Shown: positions 25,385-36,900, numbered from the stretch's first letter. The stretch: DNA of 64,000 nt from an uncultured Pirellulaceae bacterium (GCA_964636985.1 CAZWSX010000003.1:361627-425626), one strand, 5' to 3'. Translations and numbers: made by a program. Notes: generated by a model not told the origin, from the sequence alone.

Positions 25385-27466
25385 TTAGACGAAGCAAGCC
25401 GCGCCGGCCATGACTGGCTCCACGCTGTTGCTCGGTTTGCGATAGCTCAAGAGTTTCTCGAGCGATTCCTGAATCTGTGTTGCCTCGGCGACAATCGCCG
25501 AAGTGACGAATTGTTCGTCGCAGCTCAAGCTGCGAATCCTCGCCAATCGGGCCACCGCCGATTCCAATTCCCCAACGAAAAGATCCTGTCCCGCGGCCGG
25601 CGGATCGACCAAGTCCTGTTCTGGCGCAGGGTTCCGACTCAAGGTGTTATTCAAAAGCCAGCGGAGAAGGGTGCGACGGCTTACCAGGCCCACCGGAATT
25701 CCGTCCCGCGTGACCACGACCCGCTGCACCGAAGTCCTGCAGAAGAAGTTGGCGACTTCGCCTGCCTCCACGGTCTCTTCGAAGACGGCCGCGGTATTCA
25801 GACGGCTGCTAACGATGTTTTTTGAGTCGCTGGAATGAATCATTCCCGTCAGCAAGTCCTGGGCTGTGATGAAGCCCGTCAAACTTCCTTCGCCGTCGAC
25901 CACGGGGACGGCATCGACGTTCATGTCAACCATCAGCTGGGCCGTACGCGATACCGAGGCTTGCGGGCCGACATGCACCACCAGCGGAGCCATGATGTCG
26001 CGAATCCGCAGGCCTTGCAGAGGACGGCGCGTGAGCATCGTCAAATCGCCATCTTCGATGGAAGATGCGACGACAATCTTGTTGCGGCCCGTTTGTTTGG
26101 CTACGAGGAGTGCGGAATCAGCACAGTCGATCAACCGCTGGATGCCCGAATCGCCCGAACGCCATTCGGCAACGCCACCGCTCGTTGTGACGTCGATTCG
26201 CAAACCTTCCGCCAGGAACGGCTCTGCAGCGATGACCGTTCGGAGTCGCTCGGCAACAATGCTGGCGCTCAATTCGCCGAGATCGGGAAATACAACGCAA
26301 AACTCCTCGCCACCGATCCGGCCGATAATGTCCGCCGCTCGGCAAACGCTCTTCAAAAGAACGGCGAACCGGCAAAGCACGGTATCGCCCACCCGGTGCC
26401 CGTGAAGATCGTTAATCTTCTTGAAGAAATCGATATCGAGCACCAAGCAAGCCAAACGTCGTTCCGTCCGCTGAGTTCGTGCGAGTTCCTGCTCGCAGCG
26501 ATCAAGGAATCCACGGCGATTCAACAGTCCCGTCAGCGCGTCTCGTTCCGAAGCTTGGCGAAAGACCTTGGCGGACTCTTCTGCCGCCTGATGCTGGCAA
26601 TCAACCTGGTCGACCAGTCGAGACCAGCCGACCACCGAGACCATCCAAAAGGCCCCGGTCAACACAACGAAAAAAGTCAGGCCCGTTTGACTGCCGAACA
26701 ATCCGATGGCTCGCCCAAAGCAACAAAGCAAGCTAATCCCGATCGGAACACCGAGAACCCACAGGAGCTGTCCCCGGGCAATCCTGCTCCCCATGCCGCC
26801 CCCGCAAAGTACCGTCACCAACGACGAATCGGTGCGCGACAACAGGAGCCCGACCGAAGCCACAGCCAACGTAATAGTTGAATTCAACGCGATGACGGTC
26901 GATTGGTTCAGCTCGTAGAACGCCGGCGCTCCCAAAAGGAAAGCGACTAAGGCCCTCGCAACCATGAGCGATGGGACCGCCACACATATTAGTACGCCCC
27001 ACCGCGCCGCGAGGCTCGACGGGCGGGGAAAGAGCATCGCGAGCGTCATCAGGATGAAGGCGATGACCGCAACAGGCGACATCCTTCCAGGTGGAAAGAA
27101 TTGGCTCTCGGTCTCTGCGTCCCGAAACAGCAGTTCGTCGATGCCCAAGTTGCAGTCGTAGGCATACTCGGCCAGGGTGGCAAACGAAAGCGCCAACAAT
27201 AAGATGGCCGAGCAAATCGCGACGGCACGTCGTACCGGTCGATTCTCCAGATGAAAAAATAGCACAAGGCTGAGCAGCACGAACCCAACGGCGGTGTTGG
27301 GTTTCATCGCGCTGTATCCCGGAACCATTCGCTTAAGAAGGGAGATATCCAGCGCCCATCCCATGAGGACGGCGACGCCCACGGCCATGCAGAACGTCCC
27401 GGAAACCCCGATGGCCCAGGCCCGCAAACGCGTGGAGAATCCCGTCCTCAAGTTCGAATCGGACAC
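25385..27466 (-). CDS. membrane-anchored diguanylate cyclase (GGDEF) with C-terminal CBS-domain pair
   Basis: N-terminal ~8 TM helices. GGDEF core has RRGFLDRCEQEL...LVLDIDFFKKINDLHGH..GD..L...A..L......IGRIGGEEF. Two CBS-like modules follow (IMAPLVVHVGPQAS..., VQRVVVTRDGIPVGLVSRRTLL). Confidence 0.8.
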   Translation of the reverse strand: MSDSNLRTGFSTRLRAWAIGVSGTFCMAVGVAVLMGWALDISLLKRMVPGYSAMKPNTAVGFVLLSLVLFFHLENRPVRRAVAICSAILLLALSFATLAEYAYDCNLGIDELLFRDAETESQFFPPGRMSPVAVIAFILMTLAMLFPRPSSLAARWGVLICVAVPSLMVARALVAFLLGAPAFYELNQSTVIALNSTITLAVASVGLLLSRTDSSLVTVLCGGGMGSRIARGQLLWVLGVPIGISLLCCFGRAIGLFGSQTGLTFFVVLTGAFWMVSVVGWSRLVDQVDCQHQAAEESAKVFRQASERDALTGLLNRRGFLDRCEQELARTQRTERRLACLVLDIDFFKKINDLHGHRVGDTVLCRFAVLLKSVCRAADIIGRIGGEEFCVVFPDLGELSASIVAERLRTVIAAEPFLAEGLRIDVTTSGGVAEWRSGDSGIQRLIDCADSALLVAKQTGRNKIVVASSIEDGDLTMLTRRPLQGLRIRDIMAPLVVHVGPQASVSRTAQLMVDMNVDAVPVVDGEGSLTGFITAQDLLTGMIHSSDSKNIVSSRLNTAAVFEETVEAGEVANFFCRTSVQRVVVTRDGIPVGLVSRRTLLRWLLNNTLSRNPAPEQDLVDPPAAGQDLFVGELESAVARLARIRSLSCDEQFVTSAIVAEATQIQESLEKLLSYRKPSNSVEPVMAGAACFV

Positions 27467-27668
27467 CCTTTTCTCCCGATGCTCCGTTGGTGCGATGTTA
27501 CATCCTCTGCAAAGACAATAGGTCTGTGCACAGTTCCTGCGCGCTCGTGGGATGGAAACCAGGGGAAGGTCAGCAACCTACGCGTGAACGAGCCCCAACA
27601 ACCGTTACCACAGTGCCAAGGTGCCCCTTCTCGAGTTTTCGACCCACGTCGTGTGAAAACTTAACGCC

Positions 27669-27693
27669 AAAACCACCCGCAAGGGTGGGTTTG
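27669..27693 (+). promoter_or_regulatory. terminator-like hairpin in the 5' leader of ilvB (possible attenuator)
   Basis: AAACCACCC-GCAA-GGGTGGGTTT followed by GGCTTG, ~175 nt upstream of the ilvB ATG, on the same strand. Confidence 0.3.
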
Positions 27694-27869
27694 GCTTGAA
27701 TTCCCGGCATTTCGTCTCTAAGTTGAAAGGCTCGACAGAGGCTGCCGACAATGTCCTTATTGCGTCCCGGTCGGGACTCACGGCCTCTATCGGCGAAGAA
27801 CTCGGGTTTGCCCACTTATTAGGGCAACACCGGTTCTGTAATCGGTTTCTCAGTAAAGGTGTTGGTGGA

Positions 27870-29636
27870 ATGGCTACTGTTGAAAAGTCTCGTGCTACGC
27901 AAGTGATGAGCGGTGCTGACATCCTCGTGAAGTCGCTGGTCGACCACGATGTCGATGTCGTCTTCGCCTATCCAGGCGGGGCGAGCATGCCCATGCACCA
28001 GGCCCTCACCCGCTTCAAGCACAAGCTCCGAACGATTCTTCCCCGTCACGAACAAGGGGGCAGCTTCGCCGCCCAAGGTTACGCCCGCGCCACCGGCAAA
28101 GTCGGCGTCTGTATGGCCACCAGCGGCCCCGGCGCGACGAACCTCGTTACCGCCATCGCCGATGCCAAGCTCGACAGCGTCCCGCTGATCGCCATCACCG
28201 GCCAGGTGCCAACCAAGGTGATGGGGACCGATGCCTTCCAAGAAACGCCCATCGTCGAAGTCTGCCGCGGCATCACCAAGCATCACTACTTGGTGACCAA
28301 GGTCGAAGACATCGCCCGCGTGATGAAGGAAGCCTTCCACATCGCGCAAACAGGGCGTCCTGGCCCGGTTCTGATCGACATGCCCAAGGACGTCCAAAAC
28401 GGCTCGTGCATCCCCGACTTCGATGTCGAGATGAACCTGCCCGGCTATCGCATCAAGGTTCGCAAAGCGTTGCCCGAGCAAATCCGCCAGGCAGCCGCCG
28501 CCATCAAGTTAGCACGCCGTCCGATGATCTACGCCGGCGGTGGGGTTATCTCAGGCGAAGCCAGCGAAGAGCTCCGCGCGTTCATCAAGAAGACCGGCAT
28601 CCCCGTTGCGATGACCGTGATGGGCCTCGGTGCCGTCTCGGCCGACGAGCCTCTCTGCATGGACATGCTCGGCATGCACGGCGCCGTCTACGCCAACTAT
28701 GCCGTCCGCGATTGCGATTTGCTGATCGCCCTCGGCGTCCGTTTCGACGACCGCGTGACCGGCCGGCTCGACGCCTTCGCCAAACACGCGAAGATCATCC
28801 ACGTCGACATCGACCCCTCGGAACTCAACAAGAACAAGACCGCCCACATTCCGATTGTGAGCGACACCAAGAGTTTTCTTACGGATCTCAATAAGATCGT
28901 GGAGGCTCCGGCTGATCTTTCGCCATGGACCAAGCAATTGGCCGAGTGGAAGGCGAAGTTCCCGTTCAAGTACCGCCAGGACTTCGATGGCATCCTGCAA
29001 CAGCACGCCATCGCGGAACTGTCGAAGCTGATCGGCAAGCGCAACACGTACGTGACGGTGGGCGTCGGCCAGCACCAAATGTGGGCCGCCCAGTTCTTCA
29101 AGTTCCACAAGCCGCGAACGTGGATGTCGAGCTCCGGGTTAGGGACGATGGGCTTCGGCCTCCCTGCCGCAATGGGCGTGCAAGCCGCTTATCCCGATGC
29201 TCTCGTGGTCGACATCGACGGCGACGGCAGCTTCCAGATGAACATTCAGGAACTGGCCACGCTGTACTGCGAAAAGCTCCCCGTGAAGGTGCTGCTGCTC
29301 AACAACCAGCACTTGGGAATGGTGACGCAGTGGGAAGACCGCTTCCACGCCGGCAATCGCGCCCACACCTACATGGGCCCGATCGACCACGCCGAAGCCA
29401 TCGGCAAGGGCAAAGAGATCTACGCCGTCGACCGCTACCCCGACTTCGTCCAGATCGCCAAAGGCTACGGCTGCGGTGCCGCGACCGTAAAAAAGAAGAG
29501 CGAACTCTCAGCGGCCTACGAAGAAATGCTGGCCTACCCCGGCCCGTACGTCCTCGACGTCGAAGTCCCCTACCAAGAACACGTCCTCCCCATGATCCCC
29601 GCCGGTATGACGGTGGACGACATCATTATCGAGTAA
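27870..29636 (+). CDS. ilvB: acetolactate synthase (acetohydroxy-acid synthase) large subunit, thiamine-diphosphate-dependent
   Basis: [47 protein letters not shown]-terminus. ThDP motif [18 protein letters not shown]...[11 protein letters not shown]. The start at 27870 is preferred over the ORF-track 27696 extension. Confidence 0.85.
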   Translation: MATVEKSRATQVMSGADILVKSLVDHDVDVVFAYPGGASMPMHQALTRFKHKLRTILPRHEQGGSFAAQGYARATGKVGVCMATSGPGATNLVTAIADAKLDSVPLIAITGQVPTKVMGTDAFQETPIVEVCRGITKHHYLVTKVEDIARVMKEAFHIAQTGRPGPVLIDMPKDVQNGSCIPDFDVEMNLPGYRIKVRKALPEQIRQAAAAIKLARRPMIYAGGGVISGEASEELRAFIKKTGIPVAMTVMGLGAVSADEPLCMDMLGMHGAVYANYAVRDCDLLIALGVRFDDRVTGRLDAFAKHAKIIHVDIDPSELNKNKTAHIPIVSDTKSFLTDLNKIVEAPADLSPWTKQLAEWKAKFPFKYRQDFDGILQQHAIAELSKLIGKRNTYVTVGVGQHQMWAAQFFKFHKPRTWMSSSGLGTMGFGLPAAMGVQAAYPDALVVDIDGDGSFQMNIQELATLYCEKLPVKVLLLNNQHLGMVTQWEDRFHAGNRAHTYMGPIDHAEAIGKGKEIYAVDRYPDFVQIAKGYGCGAATVKKKSELSAAYEEMLAYPGPYVLDVEVPYQEHVLPMIPAGMTVDDIIIE

Positions 29637-29656
29637 GTGCCTTGCATCCCGTGTAG

Positions 29657-29676
29657 CTGCGTTCGCCAGAACGCAG
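29657..29676. repeat. GCCA-loop hairpin element, copy 2 (3' of ilvB)
   Basis: CTGCGTTC-GCCA-GAACGCAG in the context CCGTGTAGC...GTAAG. The stem change is compensated relative to copy 1. Confidence 0.6.
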
Positions 29677-29778
29677 TAAGAGCGGCATCCACGTGCAGGC
29701 CACCGCACTCTTGGCAAGTGCAGCTACGAACACGCACTGGCGGCCGACTTGGCCGCCAGTTGTTTTTCTTGCCACCGC

Positions 29779-31017
29779 TCATTGCCTGGTGCGGCGGGGA
29801 CCTTGTCTTCGAAGGAACGGATACTTCGCCTTGAGCGCTCGTTGCTCGTCGCGTGATGAATCGGGCAGCTGACACCATAGTTCGCGAAGGAAAGGCAAGC
29901 CTTTGAAGTGCTCGAAGTCTTCGGGGTCAAGTCTCATAGGCGCCAATCCAACGACCTCTAGCGATTTGATTTTACATAGCAGCGGCACAATTTCTTTGCC
30001 GAGCTGAGGCTCATTGATCTGCAGGCGCCGAAGGCGATGCATGCCTTGTAGCTGTGCAATTCCTTCCGTGGTGATGTCGGTATTCGACAGACTCACATAC
30101 GTTGGGTTGGTTTTTCTTGCAAGTTCTTGAAGACGGTGATCGGTACTATCGGTCCCTTGGAGCCTGACATGACCCAGGTCGGCTATGGCTCGGTCGAAAC
30201 TCTCTTTTTCCTCAGGCATCCAGAAAGGTAAGGTGATCGCTCTCCTGCGTCGCTTGACGATTCTCCTTAAAGTAGGAGGAGGCGCCGAACGCTGCATGAG
30301 AGTCTTAAAAGAACCCTCGATCACATCGAGGTCTTCCGTAGTCAGCTGCATGATGTTGGGCATCTGCCGCAGCGTGGCGACGTTGCCGGGCGTGAGATCT
30401 TCGGTAACCAGATCGAGTTGCCGAAGACTCGGATAGTCCTTGAGTAAAGCGAAGGCCGTTTCCGAGATGGCCCCGCGCGGTACGTCCCCCGGCGCAAGCC
30501 ATGTCGAATAGCTCCGTCCCACGTTGAGCGTTTGCAGGCGTGGCAATTCCCTCAGATAGGTCAAGCTCTTGTCGGTGACGTTTGTCCCCCGGATGCCAAG
30601 TTCTTCGAGCGACCGCATAGTGATCAGCTTTTCAACACCGGCATCGGTGATCGGCGTATTGTTCACCAACAGCTTCTTCAAATTCGGAAGATGTGACAGT
30701 TGAGCCAGGGTTTCGTCGGTGATCGATGTGCCACTCAAGTCCAAAGAGGTCAACGTCCTGAGGGCCGCCAGTTGCGGCGCCACGTGATCTGTCACCTTGG
30801 TGCGGGCAAGCGAAAGTTCCTCGATCGCACCATAGTTCGCCAGAAATTCCAGATCATCATCCGAACTAGACGTGTCGGCTAACGACAAGGAGAAGCCGTC
30901 ACGCCGATCAAAAGCGTCCGCAAGCTGAAACGCGGCACCAGCCAATGCACCCAACGGCGCGAAGATCGCCGTCCCTCCCCAAGATCCGACATCGCTACCC
31001 CTCCATGACGGTCTCAA
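29779..31017 (-). CDS. leucine-rich-repeat protein with N-terminal hydrophobic leader; true start uncertain (TTG 31017 proposed)
   Basis: Repeats of L..L..L.L..T.ITD (for example LTSLDLSGTSITDETLAQLSHLPNLKKLLVNNTPITDAGV). The first ~170 codons of the ORF-track frame overlap the upstream DUF1501 gene and are not believed. Confidence 0.5.
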   Translation of the reverse strand: MRPSWRGSDVGSWGGTAIFAPLGALAGAAFQLADAFDRRDGFSLSLADTSSSDDDLEFLANYGAIEELSLARTKVTDHVAPQLAALRTLTSLDLSGTSITDETLAQLSHLPNLKKLLVNNTPITDAGVEKLITMRSLEELGIRGTNVTDKSLTYLRELPRLQTLNVGRSYSTWLAPGDVPRGAISETAFALLKDYPSLRQLDLVTEDLTPGNVATLRQMPNIMQLTTEDLDVIEGSFKTLMQRSAPPPTLRRIVKRRRRAITLPFWMPEEKESFDRAIADLGHVRLQGTDSTDHRLQELARKTNPTYVSLSNTDITTEGIAQLQGMHRLRRLQINEPQLGKEIVPLLCKIKSLEVVGLAPMRLDPEDFEHFKGLPFLRELWCQLPDSSRDEQRALKAKYPFLRRQGPRRTRQ

Positions 31018-31021
31018 TAAA

Positions 31022-32440
31022 CTAGAACAAGGCTTCGATCGCACTCCCTTCGGCCAACAGGTTGTAGGGCCGGCCTTGATTGTCGTGGGCTTCCAAGTTG
31101 TTGATGCCCATCGCGTGAAAGACGGTCTTGGCGATGTCGGCGGGCGTGACTGGATTGATCGCGGGGTATTCGCCGTAGCGGTCGCTGGCGCCGTAGGTTT
31201 GCCCGCCGCGAATGCCGCCTCCGGCGAGCACGTCGGTGAGGCAGTGGGTCCAGTGGTCGCGCCCGGCGCCGTTGACTCCGCCACTGCGCGGGTCGCCGAT
31301 TTTGGGCTTGCGGCCCATCTCGCTGGTGACAAGAAGCAACGTCTCATCGAGCTTGCCGCGCTGAGCCAGGTCTTCGATGAGCGCGGAGAAGCCGCGATCG
31401 AACTCGGGCAACAGGTCTTCCTTGAGACAGTTGAAGTTATTGCCGTGCGTGTCCCAACCGCCGCCGCTGGAGCACTTTTTGTCGAGCCGTTCGGGATCGC
31501 CGCGCCAGAAGACCGTGATGAAGGGTACACCCGCTTCTGCCAATCGCCGGGCGGCGAGCAAACTCATGCCGTTGACCGTCTCACCATAACGCTGGCGGAT
31601 CTCGGGCGGCTCCTTCGAGACATCGAACGCTTCGGTCGTACTCGACGAGAGGAGCAGCGACAGAGCCCGGTTCTGTTGGGCATTCCAAGTCCGCGATGCG
31701 GCAAAGGCGTCCAACTCGCGACGCGCTCCATCAAGTTCCTGAAGCAATTCGGTGCGATTGGTCAGACGCGCGGCGGAGGTTCCCTCTTGCAACATCAACG
31801 CGGGGACTTGGAACTTGAGAGGGTTCTTCGCATCGCCATCGACGTAGAGCGGTTCGAACTCGAGTCCCAATCGGGCGGCGAATTGCCCTGGACGCGTGTA
31901 GGCCGGCGCGCCTTCTTTGTGCGGCAGCGTGATGAAGTTGGGCAGGTGAGAATGCGGTGGACGCTTGGCCCCGACGACGGCTCCCATGCAGGGCCAATCG
32001 CTGGGATAAGGCGTGCGGTTGTTGCCGAGCGAGAGAAACGTCGGGTCGGGGACGTGCCCCGTCAGGTTGTAATAGTAGCCGGCGTGATGGTCGTTGGTGC
32101 TGACGGTCCCGCTGATGCTGTTGACGAGCGCCAAGTGGTGCGCCTGTTTGGCGAGCATGGGCAGGTGTTCGCACAACATCACGCCAGGAGCAGTGGTGGC
32201 GATAGGCTGGAACTGCCCGCGGTATTCGAGTGGGGCCTTGGGCTTCATGTCCCAAGTATCGAGGTGGGAAACGCCGCCGCTGAGGAAGAAGAGGATCGTC
32301 GATTTCGCTTTGCCGCTGCCGGTTTGAGACTTCGCGTTCTCCGCGGCATTCATCAAGCGCGGGGGCAAAAACGAAAGACCGGCCAGGCCTACGGTGGACG
32401 CGAATAGGAACGTCCGGCGGGATGCGTGCGCGACGTTCAT
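31022..32440 (-). CDS. DUF1501 family protein (second paralog)
   Basis: RRTFLFASTVGLAGLSFL Tat-like leader and the STILFFLSGGVSHLDTWDMKPKAP block, parallel to the gene at 9948..11309. Confidence 0.8.
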   Translation of the reverse strand: MNVAHASRRTFLFASTVGLAGLSFLPPRLMNAAENAKSQTGSGKAKSTILFFLSGGVSHLDTWDMKPKAPLEYRGQFQPIATTAPGVMLCEHLPMLAKQAHHLALVNSISGTVSTNDHHAGYYYNLTGHVPDPTFLSLGNNRTPYPSDWPCMGAVVGAKRPPHSHLPNFITLPHKEGAPAYTRPGQFAARLGLEFEPLYVDGDAKNPLKFQVPALMLQEGTSAARLTNRTELLQELDGARRELDAFAASRTWNAQQNRALSLLLSSSTTEAFDVSKEPPEIRQRYGETVNGMSLLAARRLAEAGVPFITVFWRGDPERLDKKCSSGGGWDTHGNNFNCLKEDLLPEFDRGFSALIEDLAQRGKLDETLLLVTSEMGRKPKIGDPRSGGVNGAGRDHWTHCLTDVLAGGGIRGGQTYGASDRYGEYPAINPVTPADIAKTVFHAMGINNLEAHDNQGRPYNLLAEGSAIEALF

Positions 32441-32590
32441 CGTGATTCACTCCCCGTCAATCGCTGAAATACCAGCGGCATGGCAAATGCCCGGCTGCTC
32501 ACGGTTATAGGGTATCCGGAATGGGAGCGAGAAGCGAGTCGCTGGGCCAGAGAGAGCTACCAGCGATTGTTGATAGCCAAGTTGCTTATT

Positions 32591-32612
32591 GGACGGACAG
32601 GATTGTCCGTCC
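32591..32612. repeat. AGGATT-loop palindromic element, copy 1
   Basis: GGACGGAC-AGGATT-GTCCGTCC followed by TAC, immediately 3' of the epimerase gene. Confidence 0.7.
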
Positions 32613-32618
32613 TACGGG

Positions 32619-33710
32619 CTACAGCCACTTGTTTTCGAAGTACCAGGCGATGGTTTCGGCCATGCGTTCTTGGAGCGACTTGGGTTCGTGCAGGCCTAGA
32701 TCACGACGGGCCTTTTCGCCGCTGGCTGCCCAACAGGTGGCCGTGGCCTCGCGGATCTTATCACGGTTCAAAAGTCCAGGGCGACTGTAAAACGAGCTGA
32801 GCCCTTCGTTCGCCCAAGCAACGAGCCACGCAATAGGTTTGGGAATGGGAAAGTTGGGCGCGAAGGGTCGGCGAAGCATTGGCTTAACCATTTCGCCCCA
32901 GTCGGCGTAGGTAACGAACTCGCTTCCCGAGGCGAAATAAACGCCGGTTCCGGCAGCCAAGCGGTCGCCCGACGAAGCGGGGACGCGCTCGCCGCGATCG
33001 GCTACCGCCAAGAGCAAGTCGACGAGATCGTCGACGTAGATCATCGAGAGCAGGGGCGTGCGCCAACCGACAATCGCGTGGCACCGCGATTTGCGAATGC
33101 CCTGGAAGATGACGCATTGATCGTGGCAGCCGGGACCGAACACGATGCCCGGACGAACGATTGAAAGAGGAACGCGATCGGCGTAACTCGCCGCGGCACG
33201 TTCGCCCGCGAGTTTCGTGCGGCCGTACAGCGACACGGGCGCGGGGAGGTCGGATTCGACGCGGACCGCTCCACGAGCGACGGGGCCCGCGGCGGCGATC
33301 GAAGAAACATAGACGAGGACCGGCGGCTTAGGCTGCCGCGCGCAGGCTTCGGCGACGTTGCGAGTTCCCTGCTCGTTGACGCGCATCATTCGCGCTTTGT
33401 CGAGAGCGGCGGTCTCGGCCGCCAGATGAACCACGATCGAGGCGCCCTCGAAGGCTTTGGTGAGCGAGTCGACGTCGTCGAGCGAGGTGATGGCCGCTTC
33501 GGCCTTTGCACCGGTAACGGCCGCCGCCGCGCGGTCGCTACGAACGATTCCGCGCGCCCGGTATGCGCCATTGGAGACCAGTTGGGCGATCAGGCGACTA
33601 CCGATGAACCCATTGGCACCGGTGACTGCCACTACCTTGGTGGCCGACGGCTTGCCGGTGACGACAGGAGAGTTTTCGACAACGTTAGGGTTGCTCTGCA
33701 ACGATTTCAT
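32619..33710 (-). CDS. NAD-dependent epimerase/dehydratase family (extended SDR) protein
   Basis: Rossmann motif VTGANGFIGSRL near the N-terminus; 363 aa. Confidence 0.75.
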   Translation of the reverse strand: MKSLQSNPNVVENSPVVTGKPSATKVVAVTGANGFIGSRLIAQLVSNGAYRARGIVRSDRAAAAVTGAKAEAAITSLDDVDSLTKAFEGASIVVHLAAETAALDKARMMRVNEQGTRNVAEACARQPKPPVLVYVSSIAAAGPVARGAVRVESDLPAPVSLYGRTKLAGERAAASYADRVPLSIVRPGIVFGPGCHDQCVIFQGIRKSRCHAIVGWRTPLLSMIYVDDLVDLLLAVADRGERVPASSGDRLAAGTGVYFASGSEFVTYADWGEMVKPMLRRPFAPNFPIPKPIAWLVAWANEGLSSFYSRPGLLNRDKIREATATCWAASGEKARRDLGLHEPKSLQERMAETIAWYFENKWL

Positions 33711-33947
33711 CTGAGCTAGCCTTCTAGCGATTCACGAACCGCGATTTCTTGCCATATCGGCAAATGGACCCACGAGAGTTCGCCGAGCAACACGCCAGCG
33801 AAAATCCGGCTCGACCCAAAAACCCGGACTCATTTGGCCGGGTTTCGTATTCCTAAAAGCAGGTCTACTGCGAATGGCGCGCCATTTTTGGTGGTCGAAA
33901 AGAGAGCGCGCAGTCTTTGCGCGCGTACACCGTTGGAGCTACGAAGA

Positions 33948-36900
33948 CTACTTCTTAGCGGCCGGCTTTATCTTGGGCTTTTTGCCTGGCTTGCCGGCGT
34001 CACCTGCGGGAAGAGGTTCGCCCACCACAGCGTCCTCGCCCGGTAGCGCTCCGACCTTCGACTTCTTGCCTGCGGGATCAGGCTTTTCGGCAGGCAACTT
34101 TTCGCCAGCGGGCATTTTTTCGCCCACTTTGCCTGCTGGTTTTTTTCCTCCCTTGTCGGCAGGCGGATCGTCACGGTCTTCTTTTGCAGCCTTGGCAGCA
34201 GCCGGCTTGAGCGCGTCCTCAGGGATGTCGACCGCCGGTAGGGGCTCTTGGCCGGGAATCGATCCACGATCGACCAGGCAGTAGGCCGCCCAGAAGAATG
34301 GATGGGTCGCCTTCGGAGCAGAATCCTTGACGTCGCTCTTGATGCGTGGTTCGTCCTTGTACGCAACGGGCGAATCCATGGCTAATAAAACGCTGCGTTG
34401 CCAGGCCGCGTCGGCCGGCATGTTCGGCTGCTCCTGGACGAACTCGCGGACCAGGTCGACGGCGGTTTTGCCGCCGGGCCGCCAGCGCGAGATCAACAAG
34501 GTCTGCGTCCCTGACGACATCAAAGCACAAGCCGAAAGGAAGACATCGTCACCAGCGGCGGGCTTTTTGATGGAGGCCTCGGCTGCCGTGTGGAACCCAG
34601 GGAGCACAACCAGATTGGGGCCGGCCATGGGGAGCGCCATCCAGTCGGTGAGGTCGGCTCCCTTGCGGGCCTTGTCGATCGGCAACGGCGACCAGGCGTA
34701 CGGGTTCTTGCTGGGTTCTTCGATATCTTGGAAGACCACCACACGATCGCAGATCGAGGCGTAAACCGGCGCCGGGATCGAAATCGGCTGCGCGATGCGT
34801 TCCGCTTGCGCGGTTGCCTTGGAAAGATCTTCGAAGGCAGTCGCTGCGACGCTGACATCATCGCGCGGAAATAGTTTTCCGGTCACCACGGCAGTGCGGC
34901 CTTCGCCCCGGTGGCCAATGGCATCGGGCAACGACAATCCCAGGGTCGGGGCGTAACGAACGCGCGTTTGAGCAATGAGCGGAGGAGCATCGGACCCGTC
35001 GCCTGCGACGAGGCACTCGAACGGCAGGTACCACAGGGCCCCGTCGGGGACCACGATTACTTCTTCGTACTTCGACCAACTATCGTCTTTGGCGTTGTTG
35101 GAGAGCGTTTTGAGCAGTCCCTTGGCGATGGCCTTCCAGTTGTTGCCGGCGATCGTTTCCGCTGGAACGTTGCCGTTCTTATCGAGATTGCCCATGTCTT
35201 TGAGCAATTTGGCGACCTCGGCCTTGAGCTTCGTCGGCGTTCCGACTTGAAAGGCGGACAGCTTATCCTTAGTCAACGCGAAGCCGTGCGTGGCGGTGCT
35301 GGTCGACGCGTAGTAAAGCATCAACTGCCGGCTGTTCATGCGTTTGCGAACTTCGGCGAGCGTGACCGCCGGCGGCATGATGAAGTCGGCCGCTTCGCGA
35401 CGGACCGCCATGTTCCGGAGAATCGTTTCCTGTTCTTCGGAAACCTTGGTCAGCTCCTGCAACAGCTTGGTCTGCTGTTCTTTTTGGGCGCGATCCTCGG
35501 GCATCAAAGGCAATGCGTGTAACGCCCCGCGGATCTCGTCGGCCTTGGTCATCAAGGGCTGGTAGCCAGGATAGTTTTGCAACAGCAAAGTGCGCTGCGT
35601 TTGCGTTCGGGGCGAGAGGGCGGTCACAGGCGATTCGAGAACTGCCCGCAGCGCCGGCAGACGTCCTCCCAAGGGAAGCGAGGCATAGAATCGGTGCCGC
35701 TTCATGCGATCGGCGACTTCGAGCGCGCGATCGTAGTCTTTGCGAGTAATCAGCACTTCCATCCACTTCTGGTAAGCCGCCGTGTAATCGCTCGACGAAA
35801 CGGCCAGCGTGTCGAACGGATGAATCGCCCAATCGGCGCCCGTAGGGTCGCGCAGCAATTGGGAGTACATCATGTCGACCGCGCGGTCGGAAAAGGCCTT
35901 GTCGGTGTGGTACTTGGTGGCCATGGTGATCTGAAAGAGCCATGGCGACGAGGATTGCTGAAACTTGAGGGCCGGCGTCAGGGCCGAGACGCCCGCGACC
36001 TGATTTCCCGACGCGAAGGCCAGACGAGCTTGCTCCAACTGGAGCCGCGCGTTGAACTTCGAGGGGGTCATGTCCTTGATCTCTTTTTGCGCCTGCTGAA
36101 GAATCGCGTCGGCTTCGGCGGTGCGTCCCAAGAGATTCAGGTTTTCCCCCGCTAACAAAAGAAGCGACGCGTGCAGCGCGCGGTACTCCGATTTTTTGGC
36201 CCAAGTGCCGGCCGGCACGAGCGGGGCAAACGGCTCACCGGTTCCCGCGAGGAGCCAGGCCAGTTGAGCACCACGGAAAGCCTCCTCCATTTCCTCGGCG
36301 ATGCCAAACTGCGCCGCGACGTAGGTAGCTTCCATAAAGCAGGTGCCGGCCTGGTCGTACTTCCCCTCTTCCAGCGCAAGTTGACCCAACTCGTTGAAAG
36401 CCGTGGCCGTGAGGGGGTGGTAGTAAACGTCGTTCGACTTGAGCGACTTGGTCAGCTCGCCGACGGCTTGCGCGGGCTTTCCCAAGGCGGCATAGGCACA
36501 GCCAAGTTGGACCTCGATCCAGCACTGCGACCAGTGATTCGGCGGCGCAGGTCGGGCCTTGAGAGCATTGACCAGCCGGTCGATGTTCGGATCGTGTTCG
36601 CTCAAGGGTCCTAAGATCTGACGGCGATGGCGAATGGCCGTGCACATGGCGCGGACGATTTCGGCGCAGCGGATAGGGATCGCTTGGCGCTGGGCCATCA
36701 AGAAGTTGTTGCCGTTGCCTAACCCGGGCCCCTGCATGCCTACGCTGTCGTAGATCATGTTGTAACGCTCGGCAAAGCGGCCGGGAATCACCGCTTCGAC
36801 CGGCGCTCCCCACGGTGTCGCCACGCCTGCGACAGGCGCGGGCTCGATGAGCACCGGAAAATCGATCTTCAACATCCAGTTGGAGTTGTCGTTGAACAGC

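Noticed and set aside
21700-25400. CRISPR array interpretation of the repeated hairpins in the tRNA region
   Set aside because: The repeats are not regularly spaced, are not identical, and are interleaved with tRNA genes; no cas genes are in the window
27479-27699. Small ORFs in the ilvB leader as an attenuation leader peptide
   Set aside because: Their translations are not enriched in Val, Leu or Ile, so a classical leader-peptide mechanism is not supported
31018-31530. First ~170 codons of the ORF-track LRR protein (29779..31530)
   Set aside because: This stretch overlaps the DUF1501 gene in another frame and is Ser/Pro/Thr/Ala low-complexity. The gene more likely starts just after the DUF1501 stop
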